Shown piece after piece: positions 39,104 to 51,900 of a stretch of 64,000 bases of DNA. The stretch's first letter is position 1. Each line of letters opens with the position of its first letter. A program made the position numbers and the translations under genes. Below the pieces are notes generated by a model. The model saw only the letters and a program-made list of their open reading frames with translations. It searched no databases and was not told the DNA's origin. Source of the DNA: Utricularia gibba (taxonomy: Eukaryota > Plantae > Magnoliophyta); contig NEEC01000015.1 of NCBI GenBank assembly GCA_002189035.1, forward strand, positions 310,001 to 374,000, read 5' to 3'.

Positions 39104-39960
39104 CGCAATCCCCGCCACTGCACTTTTGTAGCTCCGAGGAGGAAGGAATAGAAAACCCTATTCGGAGGAGTAAGCAAAGTATTTTTCTCTTTTTAATGCT
39201 TTCCATATAATTTTAATTAAATTTAATAAATTATATTAATGAATTCAATCAGGAGAATCTAAAAAACATTAATTTAAATGATTAATAATTTTTTGAATAT
39301 TACATTTAAATTTCATTTTAATAATAATAATTATTATTATTATCCAATTTTTAGAAAAAAATAGTAGTTTATATCTTAATAAATTCTTTGTCATTGTGTT
39401 TGATTATCTCAAGAGATTGAAATTACATAATTGGTATTTCAAATATATAATATTTAAAATAACAAATAGAAAAAAAATATAATCATATTTTTATAAAAAT
39501 AAGTCTTTCCAAAACATTTTGTATTTTACTTTGTTTTTATTCCTCTTTTTCATGTAAAACTACTTGAAAAAAAATATAATTTATAAATAATCAATGGATA
39601 CGAATACAAGTAATTAATGTAATTTTTATTTAAAAAAATTACGGAAAAAATCAAACATATTATTTAAAATGTTTTCCTATTGAATATATTAATTTTCCAT
39701 TTATCATTTTTTATTAAAACATTTTCAATTATATCAATTTTATCCGAGTAAACATACCTTATGTTATGCTAACCATAGACGAAATCGAAGTCAAAAGATT
39801 GTTATTCCGTTTTCTCGTCACGATTCACGATCATCAAATTGACCCCATGGGGGAAGTGTTGCGAAACATCTGATGTATAACTTTTTTTTTATTTGTATAT
39901 AACGTTGTGTTATTTAAATGATATAGTTGACATAGGGGAGTAAGATACTGTTGACTGGTA

Positions 39961-40385
39961 CTAGTAATAGTAGTAGTGGAGGGGCTTTTCCACGTCCACC
40001 ATGTCGCTGCCCCTGAGCCAGTAGGAGACATCCAGAGAAGCTGCATCCTTGGGGATGCTTTCCATCACCTCCTCCTGTCCCGCCGGGAAGTATATGCCGG
40101 AGACTGGATGCGGCCTCCAGCAGACCACCGCCTCCTCCCCTTCTCCGATCCCCTCGCCTCGCTCTTCCCCTTGTTCTCCCTGGCCAACTTGCTCATGCAG
40201 CGAGCACCCAGGGAAACTCCTCGCCTGCAAGACATAGCACACAACAGGAGACAGCCCATGAGACCCAAGTAAAAGGAAGGGAAGGGGAGAGGGGGGGGGG
40301 GGGTAGAGTACTCCGGGAACGCCTTCTGGATCAGCAACCGGCGGGTGTTGGTGATTGCTTGCATCACCATCAGACGGCTGCTCAT
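39961..40385 (-). CDS. Small LEA3-related protein (W.PHP.SGIYFP family); exact model uncertain, probable 1-nt frameshift
   Basis: C-terminal CWRPHPVSGIYFPAGQEEVMESIPKDAASLDVSYWLR resembles a conserved small plant family. ATG 40385, acceptor TTGCAG| at 40225. The start of exon 2 and the conserved tail appear to be in different frames. Confidence 0.6.
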
Positions 40386-41313
40386 GGCCTTGTTTACAAG
40401 ATCACACTCACTAATCTGCGTCTACATATATAGCCGTTGCTTTAGTTGAAGCTGGAATAAGTTCTCTTCATGACCCTTCAGAAGTTTCTGTATTCCGAAT
40501 CCCATTACGGAAAAGGAGTCTGTGTTGTCCTCCCAAGTACACTGTATGAAGCACAGTATCTTACATCATGTCGATGCCTGAAATATTTGTTCGTTTTTAA
40601 TGTTGCATATTCCTCCATCGTGGATCCTTTTTTCATGAAACTGTATAGACACATTATGTAATAAAAAGGTTAAGCTAACTGCCCGAGTTCAGATGGTTGG
40701 ACTCGCGTGTGGATGAGTACAACCCACGTACTTGCTTTTCCTTGGAAAAGTTAAAATTTTATGCCCCACAGTATTAGATGCTTGATGTGTTCTTGAAATT
40801 GTGGAAGTTCCCATCAGTTTGTGTGATCAGCCAATCAGCGAAGAGATTAGTGAGATTAGAGCCCCGTATCAGTAGTTAATCTCCATCTCCTCAGATGCAT
40901 CGGCTAATGAAACACCTGTATACAGCTGATAGCTTCTGTTGCTTTTGTGTGATTTTCTTGCAGGGTTTACCCGCTTGTCTGAAAGTTGGTATGTTCACTG
41001 CGCTTGGGATGTATTGTTTTGCATGTGAGAAGAGATCGAACATTTCAGACAAAAGCTCAGGACATTTTGCTGCAATAAATAACACAGGGACCAGAAAGAT
41101 ACAACAACAATGGCTTTATTCCAGAATCCAGGGAAAATATTAATGCACAGGGGAGATGATAGCCTCACACTCTTAGTAACTATCACAATTTGTACTGAAT
41201 CAAATGGGGGGCACTCTTGAAACTCATGCTTCCAATACTCTGTCAACTACACGTGAGAGGTTGTTAGGGGAGACGAATTCGACCTTATCCATGGCCGGAA
41301 AATGTCACTTGGG

Positions 41314-42357
41314 TCACTGAAATGAGTGGTGACTGATCTTCTCAAGATGTGTAGGCCAATTTTCCCCAAGAACAAAGGGGTTCATCTCCATGGCGACTTG
41401 AAAGTCAAGCATACTCATGTGATTCGGCCGTGTTTGATGAATTCCTGGTAAGCATTCATGGGATTGAGGAATCATTTGGCCATTCTGTTGCCTCAAGAAG
41501 GACTGCTTATCCCTTTGATGCGATCCACGAACAGTAAGGTGACTTTCAGCTTCGAGTATTCTCTTGAGGTAAACATCAAGTCCCTTGTTTAAAGCATTTG
41601 CAGCATCAAGGGAAATGGAAACTCCATCAGATGCAAGCTTTGCCTCCAAACGACGCATCAGAGATGTTGTATCAGGCAACACACCGCTGCTTTGACAGGT
41701 CTCTGTGGCACTCCGACTGGATTCAGCAGACAGAGGTGTTTTAGGATGCCAAAATGACTTAACAGACACTCCATATGGAGCAGTGATGGATCTCCATTCA
41801 CTTGGGATTTCCGTAAACTGTTCAACTTCTTCGCCTTCTTCACCTCTTGGAGGCTTGCTGCAACTAGAATGCAATTCAGCACCACTTTGTTCTTGAATTC
41901 TTGAAACGGTTTCTTCACAAGTAAAACTTGGGCTCTTTCCAAGCGGTCCAAGAGGGCTTGGCCGATCACGGAACTTACGATCCCGGTTAACTGGTGATCG
42001 GCACTTTCGTGGAGATGGGGGCAACCCATCCCCATAGAGAGATTGAAAGCAACTCTTTTGGTAACCATTGACAACTCTGACTCCAAGGCCTTCGACCTTG
42101 CTAGCTTTCTGAGGCGGGATTCTAGCTTGACATGAATTATAAACAATGGCACGAATGAGACGATTATGGAGAGGGATATGCTCCCTCCCCAGCGTCTGTA
42201 AACAGCTCTTGTCCAAGTCGGCCTTGCTAAGCTGATATCCCAAAAACCTCTTTAGCTGCTCGAAGTACTTTTCAGCTCTTTGGCACCCAATCTTTTGGAA
42301 TATAAGATCTTTCAGCTCCTGTGTGTCAATTCGGGTAAAATCACGAGTGGCCACCAT
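41314..42357 (-). CDS. SAGA complex ADA1/TADA1-like transcriptional adaptor, single coding exon
   Basis: TRIDTQELKDLIFQKIG..AEKYF..L.RFL...LSK..LGREHIPLHNRLIRAI, SPRKCRS..RDRKFRDRPSPLGPLGK, LPDTTSL..RL, AANALNKGLDVYLKRIL and SMLDFQVAMEMNP.VLGENWP..LEKI; ATG 42357. Confidence 0.85.
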   Translation of the reverse strand: MVATRDFTRIDTQELKDLIFQKIGCQRAEKYFEQLKRFLGYQLSKADLDKSCLQTLGREHIPLHNRLIRAIVYNSCQARIPPQKASKVEGLGVRVVNGYQKSCFQSLYGDGLPPSPRKCRSPVNRDRKFRDRPSPLGPLGKSPSFTCEETVSRIQEQSGAELHSSCSKPPRGEEGEEVEQFTEIPSEWRSITAPYGVSVKSFWHPKTPLSAESSRSATETCQSSGVLPDTTSLMRRLEAKLASDGVSISLDAANALNKGLDVYLKRILEAESHLTVRGSHQRDKQSFLRQQNGQMIPQSHECLPGIHQTRPNHMSMLDFQVAMEMNPFVLGENWPTHLEKISHHSFQ

Positions 42358-43279
42358 TCCGGCTTGATCTCCAGGAAACAGATAAAAAAATATATACACG
42401 CGCGTTACTATGTACAGTTCATCATGTCCTTCAGCAACTGCACAGTTCAATATGGCACCATCCACATCAGGATCTAGAGATCAGATCAGGAAAAAGATTC
42501 AATTTTCAAAGCAACTCAAAACTTCCCAAACGGCCCTGCAATCAGAAACCCTAAGATGAAACCGCATTCAACTTCCGAACTAATGGCAAAGAAACAGAGT
42601 AAAAATACAAGCTTTCAAGAAATTTGCCCCAATCAGCAGCAGGAAACCCATTTCACATTAGTAAGGAATCGCGTCAGAAATCAAGCACATTACTGAACCA
42701 CTCAAGATGAACTCCGATCGCCAAGGACAAAACCAGTTACCCCGAAAAACTCAATCGGAGAACTCAATCAAAATTGACCTGATTTTGAAGACGACGAACG
42801 CGCGTCTACTTCCCCCCTTCTTTCCCAAGTAGCGGCGGCTGATCAACCAACACCCACGGCAAGTTGGCTAATCTTTCAGGTTCCAGCAAACAAACCTGAT
42901 TGCAGAATCTAATTCGTGACACAAAAACCTAAGTCGAATCTTCCCCCAATCCCAGGGTTTGTCCACCACAACCCCAGCTTCGGTGCCCAGTTCACACGTG
43001 CGAATTTCAGGGTAATATTCTTGCATTTATCTTTTCTTTCTAAAACTTATTATCCGTATAATTTTTTTTAATGCAAAAACCTTACAAATAAAAATACAAG
43101 ATATTTAACTTTTTCTTTAAATTGTATTTTTTTTTTTTTTGCATTTCTAATTGTAGCATAATTTTTTACTATTTTAATGTTTGGCGCCGAAAATAGAAAA
43201 TGCCTAAAATTGAATGCTTTCTCTAATTTGGATCGAACCAACTTAATATGTCCTAAAAAAACACAAGAAATAAATAGAA

Positions 43280-43707
43280 TCAGCCAAGGCTAATCTTGAG
43301 TTCAAGGTCAGGGGTCGGCGCCAGGTTAAGGTCAAAATCCTTGCCGACGGCGCCGCCGGAGTAGCTACCATCGCCGCTATACGAAACGGTGCTCGTCCCG
43401 CTGCCGTCGCTGCTCACCTTTCCGCCCACCGCGCGGTCGTAATGCTTCCGTTTGTGGCCGCCCAGCGCCTGACCCGTAGGAAAATCCTTGTGACATATAG
43501 AGCACTCGTGACCACGGCGGCTCTTCCCGGCCGGGTCCACCCCCACGGCGCTCTTCTTCCTGTTGCTGTGACACGTCTTGTGCCCCCCAGCGCCTGATAC
43601 GTCGGAAAGCTCCTACCGCAGACGCCGCACCTGTACTTCTGATCGTCGTAGACGTCGTTCCCGGTTTGGGACGCCCACCACTCCGCCGCCGCTGCGTCGA
43701 CCGCCAT
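43280..43707 (-). CDS. ZAT/ZFP-type two-finger C2H2 protein with EAR repression motif; 1-nt frameshift at 43583-43588
   Basis: YRCGVCGRSFPTYQALGG(H)KTCH and HECSICHKDFPTGQALGGHKRKH fingers; C-terminal DFDLNLAP. TATA-like TATTTATAA on the minus strand ~40 nt upstream of ATG 43707. Confidence 0.88.
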
Positions 43708-43877
43708 AGATAGGGATTCAGGTACCGGGGAGGATTGCCCCAAGTGATTATAAATACTATGAAGTGTGTGACAGAGTGCCACGACTGCCACCCAAATCAT
43801 GACTCCGAGGATTTTGTGTGATGGCAATAGAGACTTTGGGAGATACGGGCTGGATGCCGTGGGCTGTGATCCTCTGC

Positions 43878-44197
43878 CACGTGACCCATGGGACCTGGAA
43901 GCGACAGCCGTTGGATCCAAAAGAAAGGGCTTCCTACCCAAACACGTCGCCTTGGGGGTAATATGATCACGTGTTTATGATTTAAAGCAAGGGAGATTAG
44001 AGATTAGCCTTAAATGCATGTGATCTGGATATACGCCACGTGGGCAATGATTGCTCATCCAGTGTTGAAATCTCTCTCTAGAACTATGCTTACATGTCGG
44101 ACTCTGGTACGAAAAAGTAAGGACACGTGTTGCGCGTGCGCGTGTGGATTTACTGTTTAGTCCCTGACAGGTGGAAGAGTTAGCGAGGGGACACGTG
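43878..44197. promoter_or_regulatory. G-box/ABRE cluster with CGCG boxes and a DRE core upstream of the ZAT gene
   Basis: CACGTG at 43878, 43968, 44037, 44124 and 44192; CACGTC at 43943; GCGCGT at 44132 and 44138; CCGAC (minus strand) at 44096-44100. Confidence 0.7.
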
Positions 44198-44347
44198 TCA
44201 GCATGTGCCGTGGAGCAGGCAGAGGTAGAGGTAGAGGTAGAGGAAGACCCTGATTTTGCCTTCCTTGCTTTTAGATGCCCGAATTGTGTATCTGGGAATG
44301 CCGGTAATGAAGATTTTTAATTTTGGTTGTTTCTCTTGTTCCTGTAG

Positions 44348-44810
44348 ATTGAGCCTGCTGTGACTGAGCCTCTTGTTGCTCAGTTTCTGTGGATGGAACC
44401 AAAGAATCTGTACATCATCTCATCCGGCACGCAGGTAACAAGCCTCACGTCATTACAATGGGATCAGCATGTTTTGGACCATCGTTTTCATACGCTCTCT
44501 TAGAATGAGGATGAGGATGTTGGATCTGAAACTGAGGCTTATGCCATTGCAGACATGGTCTCCGCAAGTTCCTGATCACATGTTTTTCTTATCTTCACCA
44601 TATAATCCCTCCCTGTCATCGAACAAGGTAGCTGACAGCATGCCAGTTGAAGTCCTATTTGCTGAGATAAATCATGCCCTTTTGATGGTTAATGCCTGAG
44701 TTTGCAAAGCGGAGGATTATAAGGTGAACTGTGGAATGGGATACGGCCAAGCGGCTATGCTTCTGTCTCCTGGAGCTAGAGGCCATGGTGGAGTCCAGCC
44801 AACTCATCCA
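44348..44810 (+). pseudogene. CLPR1: Three-exon remnant of plastid Clp protease subunit ClpR1
   Basis: 44348-44434 IEPAVTEPLVAQFLWMEPKNLYIISSGTQ; 44504-44563 NEDEDVGSETEAYAIADMVS (GC donor); 44701-44810 CKAEDYKVNCGMGYGQAAMLLSPGARGHGGVQP. These match recalled ClpR1 IVPAVTELLVAQFMWL..IYLYINSPGTQ/NEKMETVGSETEAYAIADTIS/YCKSDVYTINCGMAFGQAAMLLSLG. No start or C-terminal exons; internal deletion and 1-nt losses. Confidence 0.85.
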
Positions 44811-45332
44811 GTAAGATCCAAAGCATATTCTCAACCCACTTCTTCTTGCTACTGTGGAATCATACTTGGCTTGATCTGATTGATCCCTTGTTTATGTGAA
44901 ATTCATTTTGAAAAATGACATCATTGCATGGTGTTTTAGTTTCTTGGTAACATTTGTTTTAGGTCTGTTTCTTTTTCAGGTTGACGACAGATCAAAAGAC
45001 CATATCCATGGAAAATAACAAGTTCTGTTCTATAGAACCGCACAGTGTGTGGTCTGCGCAGTAAGGTTGAGGCAAGGAATAGCTCATTGTGCATGATCTT
45101 TTGACAGGATAATGATCGGAATGACGATGGGGATCACTTTTTATTGCTATCAGTGTACAAAGGCTGCAGATGCAAAATAACAACATTCACAATGAACAGG
45201 ATTCTTCAACTAAGCCGGGTTTACATGCTTGAGTTCAGTACAGATGTAGTTTGAAAGACCAAACACCACAGAGCAAAGAAAAGTTCTTCAGCATCTGGTG
45301 AAGACCCAGCGTGGAGGAGGAGAGCTCTTTCC

Positions 45333-48282
45333 TCAGGCATGATCTTCACTTCTGTGATTTTGGATTTCAACTTGGCTATCAAGCGGCATGTATTGCGCCA
45401 TGATCGCACGTATCTCTGAATCCATGTACGACTGGATAAAGAAGAGGAACAGACCAGACAGACATTCAGCTGAGAAAGCAGAGATCTTGGAAATGGAAAG
45501 CTTTCAACTACAAAACCAGATGAAGATGAAGGCTAGAGCAACGAACCCTGATTCGGTATTTGTAGATGAGATATGCACCACAAGCAGCGATGGCTAGACC
45601 AAGTGCGATGACCCAAAAGACTGTCCATGCCGACTTGGCTCTCATAGCGGCGGTTCTACCTGTGTACAATGAGACCAAGAGTGAGCCATCTCTCAAACAT
45701 TGAACAGACAAGAGAGGGTGAGCTGACTTATGCAGGTATCATGCTCCCAGATGTACAACAAGTCTCCGCTGCAACTGCAGTTGTAGCCACCCCATGTGTT
45801 CCTGCATCTGCAATCTGAACACTGACATGCCTTCTTCTCCTTGCATTCATCGATGTCTGCACATGGAATGGAGACCGGTCTCCGGTTAGATCCATGATTT
45901 GGTTTCATTGTTGGTAACAGAAACAGAACTGCATACCTTCACAGCTGTTGACGCCATCACCTCTAAATCCATCGGGGCACATACACTTGCCATCATCGTT
46001 ATCCTGTTGATAACGCACCATGAAATAAGGTTGCAGAGAAGCAGATATGGAGAAAAGTAACACAGCGTTCAGAAACCATGCAAGCAGAAAAGGTGACTCC
46101 ATTTCGGGTGTCATGCCAGCAACCGCCATGGCCGATCGTGCATCTTCCCGGTCCGCTTGCTGAAGACAAAGGGATTTGTATTCTTTGGTGATGAACTGAA
46201 GAGACGAGGCTAAGTAATGTAACTGAATTGCCTTACCAACGCAAGAGCTGTAGCCATCTCCCTTGAACTTCACACCATTAACAACAGGGCATTCGCAGAC
46301 TCTTCCTCTGAATGTATCCTGAACGTTGTTCCATTGAAATGTAAGAACCCAAAAGCGTGATAAATATAAAAAAAGAAAGAAAACACCTTGCATGCTGTAA
46401 TGTTAGCTATCTTGTCTTGCCAGCAACCTCCATTGTTTACCAGGCATTCATTTGTCTCCACATCTGCAGTATTCAATGGAAACAAATATGGTATTTCGGA
46501 AAATTGACCCATACAAAATGAAAAGGATAGCTTTTCTCCGTCTACCTTCACTTAAACAAACAGGAGGTTCTGTAGTTTCTTCAAAACCAGCACAGAGAGC
46601 CTTCAGGACTGCACCCTTCTCCAATTTCCCTACAACACCAAAACATTAAAGATACCAGTATAACAGTCACCAGCAAAATTTATATCTCGGTAGGCAAACC
46701 TCGATATTGCCGGTTGTTTACGACAAGGGTGGGCAGTATGGTAACGTCTCCTCGTGATCCTTTTCCAATCTGTGGATTACGCCATAGAAAACATGATATT
46801 TAGTTACCTATAACCACATACAAAAACACAAATTCATTGAAAAAAAAAAGAACATCTCTTACCTGTGCATCCTGCTCTTCCTTCAAAACAGGGTTGTCTG
46901 CATCAGCCTCAGGGTCACCCATGCATTTTTCAATCTTTTTCAGGTCAAGGTCTAACAAGTGAGTAGCATCAGTATATAATCTTGAAATAAGGAAATTGAA
47001 ATGATATAAAATGGCGGTGTTTTTTGTGATAAAACATGAAGAATGATTACCTAATGATTTGATAACAGACTCCGCACAGTTCTTGTTGTATTTCTTCTCC
47101 TTCATGGGGCACCTGATTTGGAAATCGGTGACATAGTCCCACCAAATCCATGGCCTTTTGGACTCATTGGCCACTTTGAACACACAAAGTTGTCTCAAGT
47201 TTTCTAGTACCACATCTTTGCCTTCATATCCAGTACTGAAATCTTGTTCAGGATCAGGAGCACAGTACCGTCCATGGTTGATACACTGTGACTTGCATTG
47301 CTTGCTCACTGTGAATGCCTGAGGGCAATACCAGGTAATGTAATGAGGGGCAAACTGAGTATAACCGCCTTTCTCGAGAATTTGAGCAGCACCCTTAAAA
47401 TCTTTTACAAACGACATCAACATATCACACTTCACACCGCACTCATCATTGCTGTTGGTCCACAGTTCATATTCTACTCTGTCATCAGGGTGAGGAACAC
47501 TTTCTCTCCAGTCCAGATTAACATTCACCATCTCCCCATCACTCAGTGCTTTCTTTAACTTTTCACCGAAGCTTTTCGTGACTAGTGCAGATGGAATGGT
47601 TATGTTTGCAATATATTTTGCAGATGCAGTATCTTCTTCTGGTGTGTCCATTGTGATCAGAGCTTCATCAAGGTCATCAGCTACAAGGACCGCAGCCGCA
47701 CCAGCAATTTGAGCATTCCAAACCTTTAAAGCGAAAAAACAATCTGCAGAGCAAGAAGCGGAAAATTCACAAAGGTCCATAGAAGCCGCAGTTAAAACAA
47801 CAACAAAAGAAGCATTTAAAGATACAGCCTTGATGCACAATCAAAAAGTAAACTGACAAGTAAACTGAAATGTTATTACATATTTAGCGATTGATCCAAT
47901 TAACCGAAAGAAACATAGACTAATACTCTAGGGTACCATAATTAACTGAAAGAAAGGGAGAAAGACGCCTACCTCCACGATCAAGAAGAACAAAACTAGG
48001 CATCGCTCCAGGTTTAGCCTTGAAGGAAACCCCAGAATCCTCAAAACCATTGCATCCCTTCCTATTGCTCTTTGGGTACACCACCGCTCCAGCCATGGTT
48101 CCTCCATACTGCGGAATCCCAAAGTTACCGATCGCACTATCATGAATCCCCTTTATGCTTTCCGGCGAAGTCACCCTCAAACTATTCTTCTCCACCACAA
48201 ACCGACCCAACACCGACCCAGAATTGATCAGCAGAAAAAAACCCAAAAAAGCCGTCATCTTCAACCTCGCACAAAAACCCAT
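45333..48282 (-). CDS. VSR: Vacuolar sorting receptor (BP-80/VSR)
   Basis: Signal peptide then RFVVEKNSL; PA domain ([28 protein letters not shown]), [39 protein letters not shown]-like repeats, TM, and cytosolic [17 protein letters not shown] (YMPL); stop 45333. Confidence 0.96.
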
Positions 48283-48970
48283 TTCAACCCAAAACTACAG
48301 GAAAGATTTGCAAATCTCCGGATGCGGGCTTTGGCTTTCCCGCAACCCCCCTTGAAATTCTCGCCGCCGCCTTTCAACTCTTACTCGTCGCCGTGCTCGT
48401 GATCAACAAACGAAGTTGATTTTATACTTGCCTCTGTTGTCCACAATTGACCAGCAGAAGCATCGCGTCAAGTGTCAAACGCTCGGGATCAACAAAAGAA
48501 AGATGATTAAAGGCTAAACACAGGAATATATAAACCCACACACAAACACACACGAAACCCCTTGAGAAGAATGATTTAATTAACTAATCAAGATTACATC
48601 ATAATTAATTAGGTTTATTTTAATAATTTTTATAAAAATTAAATAAAATTCTAAAAATATTGAATTTAAATAACATAATATTTTATATTTTATAATAATC
48701 TAATTAAATAACTGAAAAACGAATTTAACTTATTTTTAAAAGACTCAACACACTCCAACCGAAAAGGCAGTTTTAAATAAAATAATTAAAAAAATGAGGA
48801 AAATGGATGACTACAATGGGGCCCACTTACAACATTGGATAAGATTTGAAGGACACGTGCCATAAATAGACCATCATTACGACACGCAGAGGAAATTGAA
48901 GGGATCACACACCGCCATGGCTGGAGATGCCTCCCCGATCACCTGCGCTGCTGCAATTCACCTTTTTTTC

Positions 48971-51900
48971 TCACTTGTATTGTTTCATCAGAGTCTGGTA
49001 CCACCGGCCATGGACAACGACGGACACCTTGGCGGTGATCACTAACGCCGATGCAGCCGCCGCCACGTCGTCGGCGAGGAGAGATGCTTCCACGGTCTGC
49101 AGTGCGGCTTCTGCTGATGCTTTCCCCTGACTTCCTGTTCCTCCGAGCACCATCCCTCTGAAAGCCAGGTACACGGCGTGGGAGACGCGGGTGAGCACTG
49201 CATCATCTTCTTGAAGGCTCTTGCTCAGCATCCTTCCCATTATCTCCTTCATTGGTTGGAGGCTGAGGTTGTTTTCATTGTCCCCGGCGGCGGACACGAG
49301 CGCGTGGATGATCTCTGGGATGCCGGCGTCGGGGATCGAGTCGAGGCACTCAGAGAGTCTTTTGCGGCTGAGCATCAGTATGTTGTCCATCTGGGCCTGG
49401 CTGCGCACGATTCTCTGACTCAATAGAGTTTGCCTCATGACCAACGGGCTGCGTATTCGAAATCCCCAACATCAGTACAGGCCTGAGAGCACATCAGAGG
49501 CAGGCACTCCATTTTTTTGAAGTTTTGCTTACCTTGACGCAATGACAATGATTCTCTGCACTTGCGACTGGAGGCTTCTTGGTCTGTGGAGATTGAGAAT
49601 CATGGTCTCCGGCAGATCGGCTTCTGTCAGACCGGTGATCGTTGTAACGAGCTTCAACAAGCCCAGCCTAACGGAGAGATCCACCTCTTCTCTGAAGATG
49701 GAGCAAGTAAAACTTAATTGTTCTGAAAGTATAGCATTTGAAATTTAAAGCTGTTTACGAAGGCACCAACCTATATAAGTTGTAGCATTTGAGTACGACG
49801 GCGCATCAGCTTGACCTTTAACTAAGAACCCCTCCCGTGCACAGGGTTGTCAAAGGAAGAAAGCTGGAAGAATTAGAGCTTCTAAAAGACTCTGATACTG
49901 AATGCGCGTGTTGACTCCATTCCTTGTCTTTAACATTCTGATCTGATGAAAGCCACTTGACAGTTAATGGCAAAGAAATTGACGCCTTGAAGGGATCCCC
50001 GAAAACGCTGGTAAAAAAGCTTTTTCCAGAAAACAGAGCCTCAGGGCCCCTGAGGACAGGCTCCAACAACCTGCTCCTTGCTTTGCTTATTTCTTGTTGA
50101 AGGAGCTGTCGCAACACAATCTCATACAGTCAGATGAAAATTGCATTTTGGCAAGCATGAACGAAGAAGGAAAAATCTTTCAGACCTGTAACTCTGCTAG
50201 AACATAACGCAACCCCTTTATCAAAGCAACTATTTGTGCATTGGCAAGTTTATCTTGTGCACATGCATCTGGAAGTTGTTCCATGAACTGATGGTGTTTC
50301 TTCATCAATTCGGACTCAAGAGCAGGAGATGAAAGCTTCCGCAGAGTTCTGAGCGAAAATTCAAGGACATTTCCAAGATAAGCAGCATCTAAACTCCCTG
50401 AATTCAGCACCTGGCCCAAATGATAGCTTAAAATAAGCATCTTTGATTTGCAAATTACACCAGAGTTTGTGGAAAAGCAAAAGGTGTACTGTAATTAGAA
50501 CCTGTGTGAGAATCTCCACATCAATAGCTTCACTTATCTCATCTCTCCACCTTAGTGGAGCTACTGCACATATTCCGTCCCTTACCTCCCGCATCAAACA
50601 CACAACACGGCTGTAGTCAGGGACATCTTGCCTAATTGATTCAATGATTCCATCCCAGAAGGCTCCTTCCATGGTTTCTTTAATAATTTCCTGTTGTGAG
50701 CATCATATTTTCAGAGGGAGCATAAAACGTAGAATGCAACAAGGGCAATGAAAACCAGAGGGACAGACTGCATTGCACGAACCATAATGTTGCCTTGATT
50801 TTCAGAAGCTGAACGACATCTATCTTCAAAGAACAGACCATTACCATGAACCTATTCATTGACAACACGTGCATTTTCCAAGTCCAAGTTCTCCCTAGGA
50901 CCATTGCTTGATAAGGAGTCCTCCGGTTCAGCGCTGAATGAGGATCGGACCACTGATTTATGTTTTAAAAAACCACTGTTCATTACAGTGGCATCATTTG
51001 ACATCCCAGGAGAAGGTGATCCAGAACTTGAGGATGACACAAGATGTGTTAAAGGAGTCATAGGGTAACCACTTTGCTGTGCATTAAAGAACTTATCCCG
51101 TGTGCTAGACAGTGCATTTTCCAAACGCTCAATTCCAGCTTTACCACTCAGGTGAAGCACTTTCTCCCTCAAAAGGTTCTGATCTGCAGCTACCTGCAAG
51201 ATGCATAACTAAATAAATATTACTTCTGCATCCAATTTAAAAATTATCGTACAAAAGCTTATGAGAATAACTGAAGCAAAAGCATTCCATTGGCTTCTGC
51301 CTTTTGATATCGCAACTGAACTTTTGTTCCTAATTCAGCACACTGACTTTTCAAGCGCATTTCAGCCTTAAACTTGGTAGCTTGGCATAACTTGTGAAGC
51401 TTTGCCAGGCGCCTGTGAGAAGTTGGGAGGATATTTAACCTGCATGCTCAAATGAAGCATGAAAATATTCAGAAATTAATAACTTCATCCAGAAAGAATA
51501 TGATCAGATGGAGAAGAAATAAAGCATTCCATGGTTTGTTAATGTGAATGAAACTGCATCAGGATATGAAAATCAAAACTCTGTCTTAGCTATGAATTTG
51601 AAAAAATAAAACATAAAACACAACACAATGATTGATAGTCAACCTCTTTTCCTCTGCAGCTAGAAGCTTGGCTGCCAGCCGGCCAAGGTCATCTTGATTA
51701 GGTGAATCAAGGATTGGCCTTCTGGGTCTTGATCTAGCCTTTCTAGAATGATTCTCATTGAATTTCCGCCATTGAATAAGCACACCATCAGATGTCTGAC
51801 GCTTTTCTGAGGTTTAAAATTCGAATTACAAAGCATGAAGTGAAGCAAACGCCAGGCATTATAAAAGCAAAAGAGCAGGAGTCAAGATAAGTTACGCATC

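Noticed and set aside
41658-42152. 164-aa overlapping ORF in another frame of the ADA1-like gene
   Set aside because: No motif, non-ATG start; the main frame explains the sequence.
45017-45043. Similarity to the U3 snoRNA 5' region (AACAAGTTCTGTTCTATAG)
   Set aside because: Match is short, overlaps a local palindrome (GTTCTATAGAAC), and no downstream U3 boxes follow.
44980-45180. Two exon-like segments after the ClpR1 remnant (...MENNKFCSIEPHSVWSAQ/IMIGMTMGITFYCYQC...)
   Set aside because: They do not match the next ClpR1 exons or any family I recognise, and the implied intron is only 47 nt.
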